Notes under the pieces: generated by a model
What the model saw: the letters and a program-made list of their open reading frames with translations, nothing else
What the model was told of the DNA's origin: nothing
Database searches by the model: none
Made by a program: the position numbers and the translations under genes
Shown here: positions 28,976-40,480 of the stretch, one piece after another
How positions within the stretch are numbered: position 1 is the first letter of the stretch
Layout: the number at the start of each line of letters is the position of its first letter
IMG/VR virus record: IMGVR_UViG_3300025000_000001
From: an uncultured virus (IMG/VR IMGVR_UViG_3300025000_000001)
Taxonomy: Duplodnaviria > Heunggongvirae > Uroviricota > Caudoviricetes
DNA length: 64,000 bases
Reading direction: 5' to 3' (one strand)

Positions 28976-29593
28976 GATAAAATATTGCTTTTAGTTTTCT
29001 ACTACGCGGGAGGAACGATCACAGGAGGAAAGACGACTATACAGGGATTATCACGAACGTCACTTTCAGTAAATCCTGCGGCCTCAAGCAGAGGCGTTAG
29101 TTGAGTAATTCCAACTAAAACTCCCAAGATGGGATCATCGGTATAAGTTCCCTCAAAAGCGTTCTCTTCTGGTAAAATTGAATATGAAGTAGCTAGAGTA
29201 TCTGAAGCGATAATAACTTGGTATGATGGGTTTTGACGCTCAAGATAATTGATCCAGTCTTTTACGGTTGCCATAATTTCTCCTTGTGTTTTTTTTGATT
29301 GTTGAATTGGATTGGAATATATCCGCTCCATTGTAGTAAACATACTGAAATTGATCTTTTTAAAATTTAGAAAACCCAACGTAAATTTCAAAATTTGTCG
29401 GAATTTCGGAAACAACCCTTTGAAATTTATAATCTCCACAATTCTGATCGGCTAGAAACTTAGCTGAAAGTTCATCCCTAGCCAGAACCGTTGCTATAGC
29501 GTACTGATAGTTGTAAGAATATAACAAACAGTACAACTTTATTTCTTTGTTTTTTGATCCGAAATCAAACATTTCGCTCCTAAAATGATCTTT

Positions 29594-30295
29594 TTATTTG
29601 ATCTTATATAAAACTTCAACGGTTTTATTTCGACCAGTTTTACTATTCATATCTTGCTTGCTTTCATATTCCCAAACAATCTCACAGAAATCTGGAACGT
29701 TACGAGAATATTCAGACACATATATATGCAGTCTTTTTGATTGTTCTTTTAACCACTCATAAAATTCAAGATGATCAAACTCCCCAACCAGAGAAGAGTA
29801 GCTGGTGGTTCCTTTGTACGGAATATCGCAATAAACAAACCAACCATCAGGAATTTTTACCTTTTTGTAATCTTTAGATATAAACTCAACGTTTTCTAAG
29901 GTTTCAAACTTTTTTAACAAGGAATTTGCTGCATTCAAACAAAAATTTCTTTCTGAATTTTCTCTGGCGTATCCTCCCCACCACTTTCCACCGAAAGACA
30001 CGCCAAATCCAGCGAAACCGTAAAGAGCGGGATTAACTTTATCTGGATTATTTTTTATATAAAGGTATTCTTCCTCGCTCATTTTTAAAGGTGGTTGCCA
30101 GCCAGATTTTAGACCATTGAAGATTTGAATCAGGTAGTAGTGCTTATCATTTGCAACTCGGCATTGAGAATTTATTCGACTGATGACGTTGCACGATCCA
30201 CAGAATAGATCAACAAACGGATGCCCCTTGATCTCAGAGTTCAAAAACTCAGAAATGGGCTTTGCAATTTTGGCCTTACCACCGAAATATCTCAT
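29594..30295 (-). CDS. DNA adenine methylase (Dam / D12 family)
   Basis: MRYFGGK, DLFCGS, VYCDIPY, FDH.EF and YVSEY. Confidence 0.9.
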   Translation of the reverse strand: MRYFGGKAKIAKPISEFLNSEIKGHPFVDLFCGSCNVISRINSQCRVANDKHYYLIQIFNGLKSGWQPPLKMSEEEYLYIKNNPDKVNPALYGFAGFGVSFGGKWWGGYARENSERNFCLNAANSLLKKFETLENVEFISKDYKKVKIPDGWFVYCDIPYKGTTSYSSLVGEFDHLEFYEWLKEQSKRLHIYVSEYSRNVPDFCEIVWEYESKQDMNSKTGRNKTVEVLYKIK

Positions 30296-31603
30296 ATTTT
30301 ACCGCCTTCTAAAACCCTAATTTTATTTCTCTAAGCCCCACAGGAGGGACAATTGTTGACCTTATTGTAATCATATCGGCTTCCGCAATATGAACAGGTG
30401 TGCCTTTTATTGTTGGTGTTTCGAACAACGGCGTATTTGTGAGATATCACATGAGGTTCCAATATTTTATAGAACCTTTCAGCCATTTCATTTTCTTCAA
30501 GACTATTTAAAGAATTGCTAGGATCAGATAAAAATTGTCTTTGAATTTCTTGATAACCGATCTTGGCATTCATCTCTTCAGTCCAAATAAAAGAAAAATA
30601 TCCAATCATTTGAGAATATGCCCAGTTTATAATCGGGGCATAATTGCTAAAGTCATCTTTTTCCTTACCAGAAAGTCTATATATTTCTTTCATCATTGCT
30701 GAGGCAAGGATTTTTTTCTTGTCCCAGAAAGACAGTTCTTTTCCGCCATCCTCGAATTTACAAAACAACAAATTTTCGTATCCCATGAGACTCAAAAAGT
30801 GTCGGATATAATCCTGAAATTGTAAATAGATTAGAGTTTGTTTGTTTAAGTGGTCTAGCTTCAATTTGTTTGTTTCAAATACTGTGTTGATCATATATTT
30901 TATTTCTCAATTACTCAAATCAAACCAGTCAACTCTTGGGTCTGCAAAGTTGTTTTTTGGACAATGATGATTCTTTCTTGGATCATACTCTTCTTGGCAA
31001 AGATCGCAAGTAGGAAATCCATACGCTGGAAATTCTTCTGGTTTTTCAAAGAATTTAGAAATAATTTCTTTCAGTCTTTGTAAACAAGGATTGCAAATAT
31101 CGGAATCTGCCCACCGTTCCCTTTGAGCGACCCAGTTTGTCAAATCTAAGTCTAAAACCATCGTATCAAGAAAGTGTTCATTATTGCTTTTCTTGCCGCA
31201 AATATCACAAGTAAAAGTTATTTCTTTTGACATGCTGTTCTTTAATATCCTCCAAGTTTTACTTCTACTCTGCACCCAGGATAACCAACCTTTAGCCATT
31301 CGATCAATTCATCGACTGCTGGCATGATCTTTATAGCATGACCAAACATATCTCTTGCCTCAAACGAATCGCTCTCAGGAATATAGACAATCGAAAAATT
31401 CATTCGCTCATCTCTACATAATAAACGTGGTTTGCAACTCCGTCACCAACCCTACGATAAATTCGATATCTACCATTTTCACAGTTTGAAGAAACTGTAT
31501 ACCCATTCCTATCTATAAACTCTTGAAATTGACTGGAACTCATAACAGGATGACTAAACCCTCGTAAATCTGACACAATATATTCCATCATTTTATTATC
31601 CTT

Positions 31604-32065
31604 TTAGCAACCATAATCGAAGATTAAAACTGTTTCGTTTTCAACAAACCAATTTCTTAAGGTGTTTGTAGTTTTGGGATCATTATCAAAATCAACATCC
31701 CAAACATTGATTTCGTCTGCAACTTTTTCTAACTGATCCCAATATCTTTCATCTTTGTTTTTAGAATAGTCTATGTTCTTTTTTGGCTGAACAAGAAAAT
31801 CTCCTAAGTCAGAATGTCCAAAAAATAGAACCGGCACAAGATGTTTTCCAACATCTGAGTCCTTATACTTTTCCCATCTTAAGAATTCGTCTTCACATTG
31901 GCAACCAGCAAATCCTTCGTTCCCCCCGTCTACCTTGACAACGTATTCATCAAGAAAAAATATTCTTCGACTGTGTTCTACTCTTGGATCAAGAAAAGAA
32001 AAGTAATCCTTTCCTTCAAAAACGATTCTATCTGAGCAAATTTTAATCTTAGAAAAATCTTTCAT
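31604..32065 (-). CDS. Small protein-kinase-like fold protein
   Basis: YVVKV (beta3 Lys), QCEDE (alphaC Glu), D...N catalytic loop and IFDYG. Confidence 0.55.
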   Translation of the reverse strand: MKDFSKIKICSDRIVFEGKDYFSFLDPRVEHSRRIFFLDEYVVKVDGGNEGFAGCQCEDEFLRWEKYKDSDVGKHLVPVLFFGHSDLGDFLVQPKKNIDYSKNKDERYWDQLEKVADEINVWDVDFDNDPKTTNTLRNWFVENETVLIFDYGC

Positions 32066-32118
32066 GATTCTTTTCCTTTCGATTAGTATTTTACCACGAA
32101 GAAACTATGTTGTCAAGG

Positions 32119-32700
32119 TCAACTGAAATTCTGCTCAAAAAACTCAAGCCAAGAACTATGAATCATAATTGCTCGATCCTTCTTACCATAATTATACATA
32201 TACCAGCCATCCGAAGGGGTTTCGCAAACTCGGATGTACTTTTTGTTCCTCAAGGCCAGAATTTCGGATTGCCACTCACTATCCTCAAAACCGAAACAGT
32301 CATCAGATAGCAAATCATCTTTAACCTTGACTCTAAAGGTTCTTGCCTGCCACCCAGCATTCTCAACCGCTTCAAGAAACTTAGTCATGTTTCCAAGAGC
32401 TTTTTTGGAAATACACATTGCTACACCCTTTTCTGGGTCAAATTCGTCGTTTTCTCCACATAAAACTGTGGTTTTAGACCCATCTTCCCAATTGACAATT
32501 GTCATTGGAGGATTGAAGATAACTTTATTAATTTTCAGTGGTAGAGTCTCTGGAAACTTGATAGTACATCCCCAACTCACAATCCCCGGTAACGCCTTCC
32601 AATTTCCATTCGCATCAACATATGAAAAACTAACAGAATTACTACTACCGCCATCATTACTCACATTGCTCATACTATTCACGCTGCCCAACGTTGCCAT
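32119..32700 (-). CDS. Conserved phage hypothetical protein
   Basis: Motif KVIFNPPMTIV.WEDGSKT.V.C...D.FDPEKG.AM. Confidence 0.65.
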   Translation of the reverse strand: MATLGSVNSMSNVSNDGGSSNSVSFSYVDANGNWKALPGIVSWGCTIKFPETLPLKINKVIFNPPMTIVNWEDGSKTTVLCGENDEFDPEKGVAMCISKKALGNMTKFLEAVENAGWQARTFRVKVKDDLLSDDCFGFEDSEWQSEILALRNKKYIRVCETPSDGWYMYNYGKKDRAIMIHSSWLEFFEQNFS

Positions 32701-33352
32701 AATTTCTCCTTATTGATTAAAACTCATTCGTTTGATCACATCATTTTTTCCAGTCTGAGGATTAAACTTAGACAGAAAAGAATTTGCTTTGAATCTCGGA
32801 TGATCCTTTTCATATCTTTCGATTGCGATTTCATCCGAGTCTTCGTGGAATTCATAAGAATTCCATTTGTTTTTCCAGTAGTATACGATATACTTATTCA
32901 TAACAATAGTTTATCACAGATGATAAATTTTGTCAAGAGTTTTCTTGAGTCTCATCTCCGCTTAGATGACTCGCCCAAACCATGATTGCAGGAGCGACAA
33001 CCAAAACAATTGAATAGAATTCGGCAGTGTAGGCTTTTACAAACCATACTAGCCCCAAAGATAGTCCGATTAAGACCACAATCAGCAAGAAATACTTTAC
33101 ATACTCGATAACATATGACAAGAAAAGATTCATTTTATATTCTCCTTTATGATTCAGATTCAACTGGTTTATAAACAAACTTGATATATTTTTCTAAAAC
33201 ATCTTCCTCAAATTGAATTAGAGAAAGTGCTTTTCGTGTATTAGTATCGCCCAAAGGTTCTATCTCGAAAGTCATCAAATCCTTTGTGCTACCATCCTCC
33301 ATAACCAAACACAAACTAGCGGTTAAAATTTCTTTTTTCATACTCAATCCTT

Positions 33353-34450
33353 TTAGTGAAACTCAGTTGCATTTTTACGAGTTAGATAATCTGTAGAAAC
33401 AGATTTCAGAATTTTGCGTCCAATCTTGGGATTGAAGTTTTCCTCGATGGGCTTAATTACGCAGCCTTCACGAATTTGAGTGGGGCAGATTGGGTCTTTG
33501 CCGTCCGTATGACGTTTGACAACATCTTCGCTGTATGGGCCGATATAAAGTTCTGGAACGGTTTTCAACCCATAGTCTTCACAAAACTCTTTGACATCAA
33601 ACCAATTTAGATATTTTCCGTCTTGCTTGATGTCAAAAACCGCGAACTCAAGATGGTCTAACCCATATGTTAAATCCTGAACGTTTGATCCATTGTGTTT
33701 GCCGTAGATTTCTCCGTAAACAATGGTGTTATCTGGCAACCATTTTTCGAAGTTATACTGCTTACCGATTTCAAACCAGATATTCTTTCCGTAGTAAGTT
33801 TTACTTTTTTCAGAACGCAATTGCACGTTGTGAGAGCCGTAAACATATTCCTGAGTTTGGCGAAGAATGTTTATTTTGAACCAGGATTTTGCTTGCTCCA
33901 AAAAAGTCTTATATCCGGCTTTTGGAATAGGAAGCCTAGAATATCTTGCGTTTCCTCCGTGGATTTTAAGAGTCACCACAACCATTTCGCCATCTTCAAA
34001 CACATCATTGAAGTTTTTTATATTTTCAATATCTGTATAGCGATCAAAATAGGGATTCAACTTGCGTTTTGATGTCGGGTTAGCTTTCATGCTTTGGGAT
34101 TTTGGTTCTTCTGGCTCCCATTTGGTAATGCCCATTTTTTCTGCAACGTTTTCCCCAATGCTGAAATTTGGAGCAACAGGAAGAACCAACCCTTCGCTCA
34201 GATAACCACGAAGTTTCACTGTTCCGGTTCGACCATTATTATTCTTCAGATAAGTAATCTCATATTGATCAATCAGATTCTTTGGCAGAATAGAATCAGG
34301 AGGAATAAATACAACTAAATCTCCAGGCTTATATTGGCCCTTAACGATAATCGTCTGCCAACCTTTTACTTTAGCCAATTCCAAACGATCAGCATTTGGG
34401 TGGACATTTACTTCGTCAATCTTGCAAACTTCAACAATCAAACTACTCAC
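33353..34450 (-). CDS. ATP-dependent RNA ligase, DRB0094 (Rnl5) family
   Basis: N-terminal OB domain HPNADRLE; motif I KIHG; YGEIYG, FDI, REGCVIK and LKSVS..YL. Confidence 0.92.
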   Translation of the reverse strand: MSSLIVEVCKIDEVNVHPNADRLELAKVKGWQTIIVKGQYKPGDLVVFIPPDSILPKNLIDQYEITYLKNNNGRTGTVKLRGYLSEGLVLPVAPNFSIGENVAEKMGITKWEPEEPKSQSMKANPTSKRKLNPYFDRYTDIENIKNFNDVFEDGEMVVVTLKIHGGNARYSRLPIPKAGYKTFLEQAKSWFKINILRQTQEYVYGSHNVQLRSEKSKTYYGKNIWFEIGKQYNFEKWLPDNTIVYGEIYGKHNGSNVQDLTYGLDHLEFAVFDIKQDGKYLNWFDVKEFCEDYGLKTVPELYIGPYSEDVVKRHTDGKDPICPTQIREGCVIKPIEENFNPKIGRKILKSVSTDYLTRKNATEFH

Positions 34451-34785
34451 TTTTTATAATCTCCTTTAAAGTTTGAACACCTACACTAATCATTACACCT
34501 ATAGCAATAATGAGCGCAATGATTATTGCAATAATCATAAGAATTAGCAAAATGCTCAATAGAAAATTTATAATCATCGCCATAAATACTTCCTTTTACT
34601 TGATGTTCCTTACTGCCTGTGCCAAATTATGAATTGCGTTTCCGATATTTTCGGCATACGTGTCGTTTATTCCCATATTCTTAAACGCAAACATCAGAAA
34701 AAATACGAACCCAACGCCAGAAACAGCAGACGCCAAATTGTTGATCGCAGATGCAATATTGTTTAGAGCTTTTATTTCTTCCATT

Positions 34786-35544
34786 TTATTTCCCTTCAAT
34801 CATAACGTTACAAGCTCGTTCAATATCTTCCTGTGTCATCGACCTACCAGAAGTATTCAACATAATAAAATAACGAGCCTGTTGAAATATATCTAAGCCT
34901 TCAGTTTCACTAATAGAAACATGATAGTTTTCAAAATGTGATCTATCTCGAAGCGACAAGTCGTTGAAATAAAGACCATTCCAAGAAAGATTGTTTTCAT
35001 AAAATTCCAGAATTGCAGACAAACGTTGTTTGCCATCTAAGATTTCATAACTTTTATCTGAATAACTCGGATTTTTGATAAATGAAAATTTTCCAATATC
35101 AATGTTCTGAAAGATCGAAGAAATCAATTTTTCTTTTTCTTTCCTATTCCAGACATATCCTCTCTGATATGGAGGATTCATCTCGCAACCAAAAACATAG
35201 ACTTTGCTCAGTAAACCCATGATATCAGCATTGATTGTATTAAACCAGATATCCTTATTTTCCACAATCGTAGATTGAATCTTTGGAAATGGCCGAACAT
35301 GATACCACCAAGCATATTGTTTTCCAAACTCATGCCCCTTACTTTTCTCATAAGTCACTTCGTAGATTTTATAATCTTCGCTGTGCCAAGTAATATGGCA
35401 ATTTTCGTGCATTCCAAATACAATCGATTCGCCTATTTCAAAAAAGTAAGTTGGTTCTGGAGTTAACCCATAAGGCCAAGAAATCATTGATTCTAAATTG
35501 CTGGCGTGTCTTTCTTCAGGTGTTGAAATTTTTTGTTTTGCCAT
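34786..35544 (-). CDS. DUF262 (ParB/Srx-like) domain protein
   Basis: PPYQRGYVW, LI.SI, EILDGKQRL and FIMLN. Confidence 0.88.
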   Translation of the reverse strand: MAKQKISTPEERHASNLESMISWPYGLTPEPTYFFEIGESIVFGMHENCHITWHSEDYKIYEVTYEKSKGHEFGKQYAWWYHVRPFPKIQSTIVENKDIWFNTINADIMGLLSKVYVFGCEMNPPYQRGYVWNRKEKEKLISSIFQNIDIGKFSFIKNPSYSDKSYEILDGKQRLSAILEFYENNLSWNGLYFNDLSLRDRSHFENYHVSISETEGLDIFQQARYFIMLNTSGRSMTQEDIERACNVMIEGK

Positions 35545-35612
35545 TTTTACCTCTTATGAAAATCTACTTTTATCGTTCAATGATTACATTCTACCACAAC
35601 ACGAAAAATCTG

Positions 35613-35894
35613 TCAAGGGTTTTCCTCAACAAATTCTTCATGTTCCTGAATTTGGTATTCCTTCTTTTTATAGTCGATAACGTACCAGAAGTGATTGGTT
35701 CTGATGGACTTATGAAAAATAATTGGGGTTTCTCCGTAGACCTCAGAATCACCCTCTACATGACAACTGGGATGCGTCCAGACTGCTAAAACCGAAGTTT
35801 TATATTTATCTTGGCAGTATTCAAAGCCACGCTTTATTTTCTGTTCCAGAGTGCGCTTTGGGTCATTATCAAACCACATCATTCCTGTTGCCAT
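35613..35894 (-). CDS. Hypothetical protein resembling a family I recall from Anaerolineae
   Basis: GMMWFDNDPKRTLEQKI.R...Y..KY.....V..HP. Confidence 0.55.
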   Translation of the reverse strand: MATGMMWFDNDPKRTLEQKIKRGFEYCQDKYKTSVLAVWTHPSCHVEGDSEVYGETPIIFHKSIRTNHFWYVIDYKKKEYQIQEHEEFVEENP

Positions 35895-36964
35895 TATTTA
35901 TCCTCTGGATATGGCGTACTCCAAACAGGAAATGTGCGCCACTTGCCAGGGCTTACTTTAGACACATCGTAACGATAAATTTTGGCAGTATAAGTTACTT
36001 CTTTTTCAACATAGTCAACTGGTTCTTTTGGAACATCGTATTCCATTTCTTCTTCATATAACCAGTCAAAAATTGTAAGATACTCTTTGCTCTGACAATG
36101 TGGACATTCTTCAAAATCCACGTTACCGGGATAAAGAGAAAGGGCGGAACCGCTGAATAGCAAATGCCCGTTCCGACAAAATATGGAAACATCCGGTGCG
36201 CTCACTTACTCCTCCCATCCGAAATCATCTTCTTGGTCTTCTTCTTCAAAATCTGAATAAAAAGACTCGCTCAGATCATAATCACATTGAGGGCAAAAAA
36301 TATAACGATCATCAACTTCTAGGCCGCAGCCAGGGCAGATTTTAGACATTATCTTTATCCGCTTCCAAGAGAAGTTTTTTCAATCGCTCATAATCACTTG
36401 AACTAATTCCAATAGGGAGAAGCAAGCAATCCAGTGTTACCTCGGCATAATCTGCAACTTGTTCTGCAAACCGAACATCACTAACTCTAAAGATAGCGCC
36501 GCCTTCAGTTTCAAAAAATTTCACTTCCATCTTATTTCTCCTCTTTGTAATAATAACTTTTCAACGGGATATACTTCCCATCTTCAATTTCAATCATACA
36601 ACCAGCAACGATAGAATATTCGTAATTGACCTCCATATATCCAGCAGTTATTCTGCAAGAGTTTGCGGCTAAAGCAAAAGACAAAGAAAACAAAACGACA
36701 AGAAAAACTACCACGCTGATAATTTCAACATAAAAATCTTCGATTAAGGCTTTGATGAAATCACGCATAAAACATTCCTTTTCTCTATTCTTCTTCTGGA
36801 TATCGTTCTTTTTTCAAATCGTAAGCGTATTCAATTCCGGGCCAGTTATCAACACCGGCATCTTCCAGGCATGACAACCAATCTAAACGCTTTCCCAAAC
36901 GATCATATTCCTCCTTAGTCAAAGTTACAGAGCCGTTATCGTGTGTAAACATTTTATTTTCTCC

Positions 36965-38191
36965 TTATTCTACACTTTTAAAGTTATAAATCGGCTTGAT
37001 CACATCAATAATTTCAACTGTGTCTTGAATATTATCAATGATTTCTTGCATGGGCTTATAAGCCATAGGTGCTTCATCCAGGGTAGATTCGTTTACGGTT
37101 GTAGAAAAAACACCCTCCATCGAACTTGAGAATTCCGACATGGAAAGGCTTCTCTTAGCTTCCATTCTACCCATCAGTCTACCGGCCCCATGAGGGGCAG
37201 AAAAATTCCAATCCGAATTTCCTTTTCCTTTAGCAATAATGCTTCCGTCGCGCATATTGATTGGAATAATCAATTCCTCGCCTTCGTATGCCGAAACAGC
37301 ACCTTTTCGAATAATACCATCGTGAAAACTAATGTAGTTGTGAATTGTTTCAAATTCTTCATGGTCTTCTAAATTCGACCCAAGCAATTCTTCCAAAATC
37401 ACGTTTGCCATAGTTTTACGATTCAAAGAGGCATATTCTTGGCAAACTTCCATATCATGAAGATATTGATCTCGATTAAGTCCCTCTAGGAAACACAATT
37501 CTTTCGGATATTTTGGTTGTAATTCAGAATAATATTCCTCTATTTCTTTTAATTTAGATGAAATAAGATGTTGTTTTCCTTCCTTTTTTAAAGATTCAAT
37601 TGCTTTATCTCGCAAATCCTTCAAACTAAAAGAAGATTCTTTGCAAAAGTCTACGGCAACATCCTGATAAAAATCTGCAACCTGCTTTCCTAAATTCCTG
37701 CTACCAGAATGAATTACCAAATATACATCTCCATAATCATCCATGTCTAATTCGATAAAATGATTTCCCCCTCCTAAAGTTCCAATGGCCCTGTTGAATT
37801 TGTTTATGTTTTTCAAATAGTCAAAACAAAACAAAGACTCGATCTGTCCAAATCGAACAAGAGAACTTTCGTAAATGTTGTGTCCGCTAGGAATTGATTT
37901 GTGAATAAACGAATCTAATTCATTTAGATCAACGCCGATGTTTCCTAATTTTACAACCTGCATTCCGCAACCAATATCCACGCCTACAAGATTTGGAATT
38001 ACCTTCTTTCCCAAGTCTGCCGTAAATCCAATAACACATCCAGCACCAGCGTGAGTGTCCGGCATGATTCTAACTTTTGCTCCAGAAACAAAATCCTGAT
38101 CCAACAGCTTAACAATCTGAGAACTTGCAGTTTCTTCAATGTTGTCCGTAAAAACTTTGGCTGAGTTGTATTTTCCGTGTAAGATTTTCAT
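36965..38191 (-). CDS. rtcB: RtcB RNA ligase
   Basis: MPDTHAG, VGVDIGCG, GTLGGGNHF, HSGSR, HNY, RKGA, SAPHGAGR and DEAPMAYK. Confidence 0.96.
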   Translation of the reverse strand: MKILHGKYNSAKVFTDNIEETASSQIVKLLDQDFVSGAKVRIMPDTHAGAGCVIGFTADLGKKVIPNLVGVDIGCGMQVVKLGNIGVDLNELDSFIHKSIPSGHNIYESSLVRFGQIESLFCFDYLKNINKFNRAIGTLGGGNHFIELDMDDYGDVYLVIHSGSRNLGKQVADFYQDVAVDFCKESSFSLKDLRDKAIESLKKEGKQHLISSKLKEIEEYYSELQPKYPKELCFLEGLNRDQYLHDMEVCQEYASLNRKTMANVILEELLGSNLEDHEEFETIHNYISFHDGIIRKGAVSAYEGEELIIPINMRDGSIIAKGKGNSDWNFSAPHGAGRLMGRMEAKRSLSMSEFSSSMEGVFSTTVNESTLDEAPMAYKPMQEIIDNIQDTVEIIDVIKPIYNFKSVE

Positions 38192-38223
38192 TAGTTTTTC
38201 CTTTCTGCAATTATTCTATCACA

Positions 38224-38703
38224 TTATCTTCTTCTTGTCAAGCGTTTTGGTAAACTATCTGCAAACCAATGCAGAAAGTCTGCAAATGATAATCCCGCAA
38301 AAATTCCTAAAAATAAAACCAGGTGCCAATCCTCATAAATAATCCAACCTTTCCAATAGAATATTCCAATCCACCAAAAGAAAAACAGGATTCTGATTGC
38401 TGTTGAAACAATTGGAGTGTGTGTCCAAAAAGAACGATGATGTTTACGAAAAATCGATCCATAGACAGAACTTAAACCATAGAACAGGTGGCCCGCAACG
38501 GGTATTTTGTTGACCATCCTAGATTCTGCATTGCTGGTTCCCATGATATCTAAATCAGGATCAATTAAAGCCCCTAACCCATACCCTAACATGACACCAC
38601 AAGCCTCTACGGGGTGATTTAAGTAGAACAGATAAGTAGTTGCCCCAATAGTCGGAATCCATCCAAACTTCCAAAATTTAAAGTGTACGGCTCCCGATGG
38701 CAT
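38224..38703 (-). CDS. DUF2227-like metal-binding membrane protein
   Basis: MPSG..H, PDLD, HRSFWTH, LH..AD and TM segments. Confidence 0.8.
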   Translation of the reverse strand: MPSGAVHFKFWKFGWIPTIGATTYLFYLNHPVEACGVMLGYGLGALIDPDLDIMGTSNAESRMVNKIPVAGHLFYGLSSVYGSIFRKHHRSFWTHTPIVSTAIRILFFFWWIGIFYWKGWIIYEDWHLVLFLGIFAGLSFADFLHWFADSLPKRLTRRR

Positions 38704-39483
38704 TAGGATTCTTCAACCCAAGTGATCGGAGTTACCTTATAATGCTTGTAAACCAAATTGCTTTCCATCCAATTGTCAGCAGTCTTTAGATCATCAAATT
38801 GAATTAACATGAAACTGTCACCAGATTGAAGTAAATATGTTGGTGTGCTTTTGAAATTGTGACCGCGAACGGCTACCGACCCGTATTCCTCATCAACGTT
38901 TAAAAAAGTTAGGGTTCCCGCCCTTCTTGACCTTAATTTGTGAACGGTTACATCAGCCATTTGCAAACTCCCTTAATTGATCTTTGAATTTCCGAATAGA
39001 ATCTTCATTGCAAATAGTAATTTCAAAAAGAGAAAACTCCTTACCCATTAAAATTTTGGCTGCTAAAATCAGACGATTCTTGATTGTTTTAAAAATTCCA
39101 TCTTGTTTAACGTAAAATCCAAGAGGATAATAATTGACGGTCAAAAACCAATAATCCTCAAGACCATCTTCTTGTAATTCTAAAACACCACAACCGCAAT
39201 CACATTTTTGAATCATTTTTGTTCTCCAGCATCAGTTTCTACCCATTCTAAAAACTCAGGATACACAAAATCTTCTGGCGGCTCATCCAATTCTGTTTCT
39301 AAATAAAAATGAAGTTGAAGTTCTTCGCTGTTTTCAACTTCGGTAAAAGATAGTCCGACACCACAATTCGAACAAAGGAAAAATCCATCAACCAAAACCT
39401 CGTTGCCACAGGAACAAATCATTTTGGCGGCATATCCGTAAACTCTAGTGGAACGCCCCTCGAATTCTTTAATAGTCGTTCTT

Positions 39484-39681
39484 TTAGACATCTTCTCCGT
39501 CCTTTTTGTTGTCGGTCTTATAAAAGCCTTTTCCTTTGAAAGAAATCCCAAATAAAGATGGAACTTTCTTAGCGTTTTTCTTACACTCAGGGCATTGAAT
39601 TTCTGTCAAACTATCCGCAAATGGTAAAACCATCTCAAAATTATGCCCACAAGAGGTACATTCATATTCATAAATCGGCAT
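39484..39681 (-). CDS. FmdB-family zinc ribbon protein
   Basis: MPIYEYEC..CG..FE, CPEC and FKGKGFYKTD. Confidence 0.9.
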   Translation of the reverse strand: MPIYEYECTSCGHNFEMVLPFADSLTEIQCPECKKNAKKVPSLFGISFKGKGFYKTDNKKDGEDV

Positions 39682-39688
39682 TTTTATT

Positions 39689-40003
39689 TTACTCCTTGCT
39701 TTCTTCAAATCCTGCAAATACAAATATTGGTAGAAAATGGAATCCTATAGATTCTGCAAATTCGTCCGATTCAAACATAGTTCTCTTGCCCTCGCAATAA
39801 TCTTTTACGTCTTGCGAGCATTCTACCACCCACCAATCTCCATCCATAATATCATCGTCCGAAATATTCTCTGTATACGAATATCTTTTAATAGCGCCGA
39901 TGGGAGTTTTCGATTCAATTAGGTTTGTTTTCCCATCTTCAACATCTCTATAAACTCTTTGAAAATATTCTTTGCTCCTATTCCAAATATACCACTTTTT
40001 CAT
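39689..40003 (-). CDS. Hypothetical protein, tandem paralog of 40014-40316
   Basis: KWYIWN, LIE..TP..A, GDWWV. Confidence 0.7.
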   Translation of the reverse strand: MKKWYIWNRSKEYFQRVYRDVEDGKTNLIESKTPIGAIKRYSYTENISDDDIMDGDWWVVECSQDVKDYCEGKRTMFESDEFAESIGFHFLPIFVFAGFEESKE

Positions 40004-40013
40004 GTTCATTTGT

Positions 40014-40316
40014 TCATTCCTTACGTTTAAAAACAATTGTTGAGAAACAAGGATAAAAGTAGACTCCATTTTTCTTCGCTAAAACATCAGAGATAAGACC
40101 GAATTCATCTGCGGAGTTGTGTTTTTCTGGCAATACATACCAATTACCATATAGGATAAACTCATCGTCTTCCACATTGCGCCAATAACTCAATCCGATA
40201 TTCAAAGCCTCTTCTGGAGTATTGGCCTCAATCAGTTCTTCATCCCCCGCTTCTACGCTACTTACAATTTCAGCAAAGAAAAAGTTTGTAGAATTCCAAA
40301 CATACCATTTTGCCAT
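40014..40316 (-). CDS. Hypothetical protein, tandem paralog of 39689-40003
   Basis: KWYVWN, LIE..TP..A, GNWYV. Confidence 0.7.
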   Translation of the reverse strand: MAKWYVWNSTNFFFAEIVSSVEAGDEELIEANTPEEALNIGLSYWRNVEDDEFILYGNWYVLPEKHNSADEFGLISDVLAKKNGVYFYPCFSTIVFKRKE

Positions 40317-40480
40317 TTTATTCTTCCTTATAAACTACCAACGACCATAAATTTTGTTTCAATTCCCGATCATATTTTACTTCTACACCAGATGGAAATT
40401 CCTCTGAAGGGAGCCATCCATAATGGATTACGTTTAGTAATTGTTGTTCTAATTCATCTAAACTGAATCCGTTGATAACT

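Noticed and set aside
34786..35544. DUF262 gene as a GmrSD type IV restriction system
   Set aside because: No DUF1524/HNH domain or partner is visible; it is a standalone DUF262 protein
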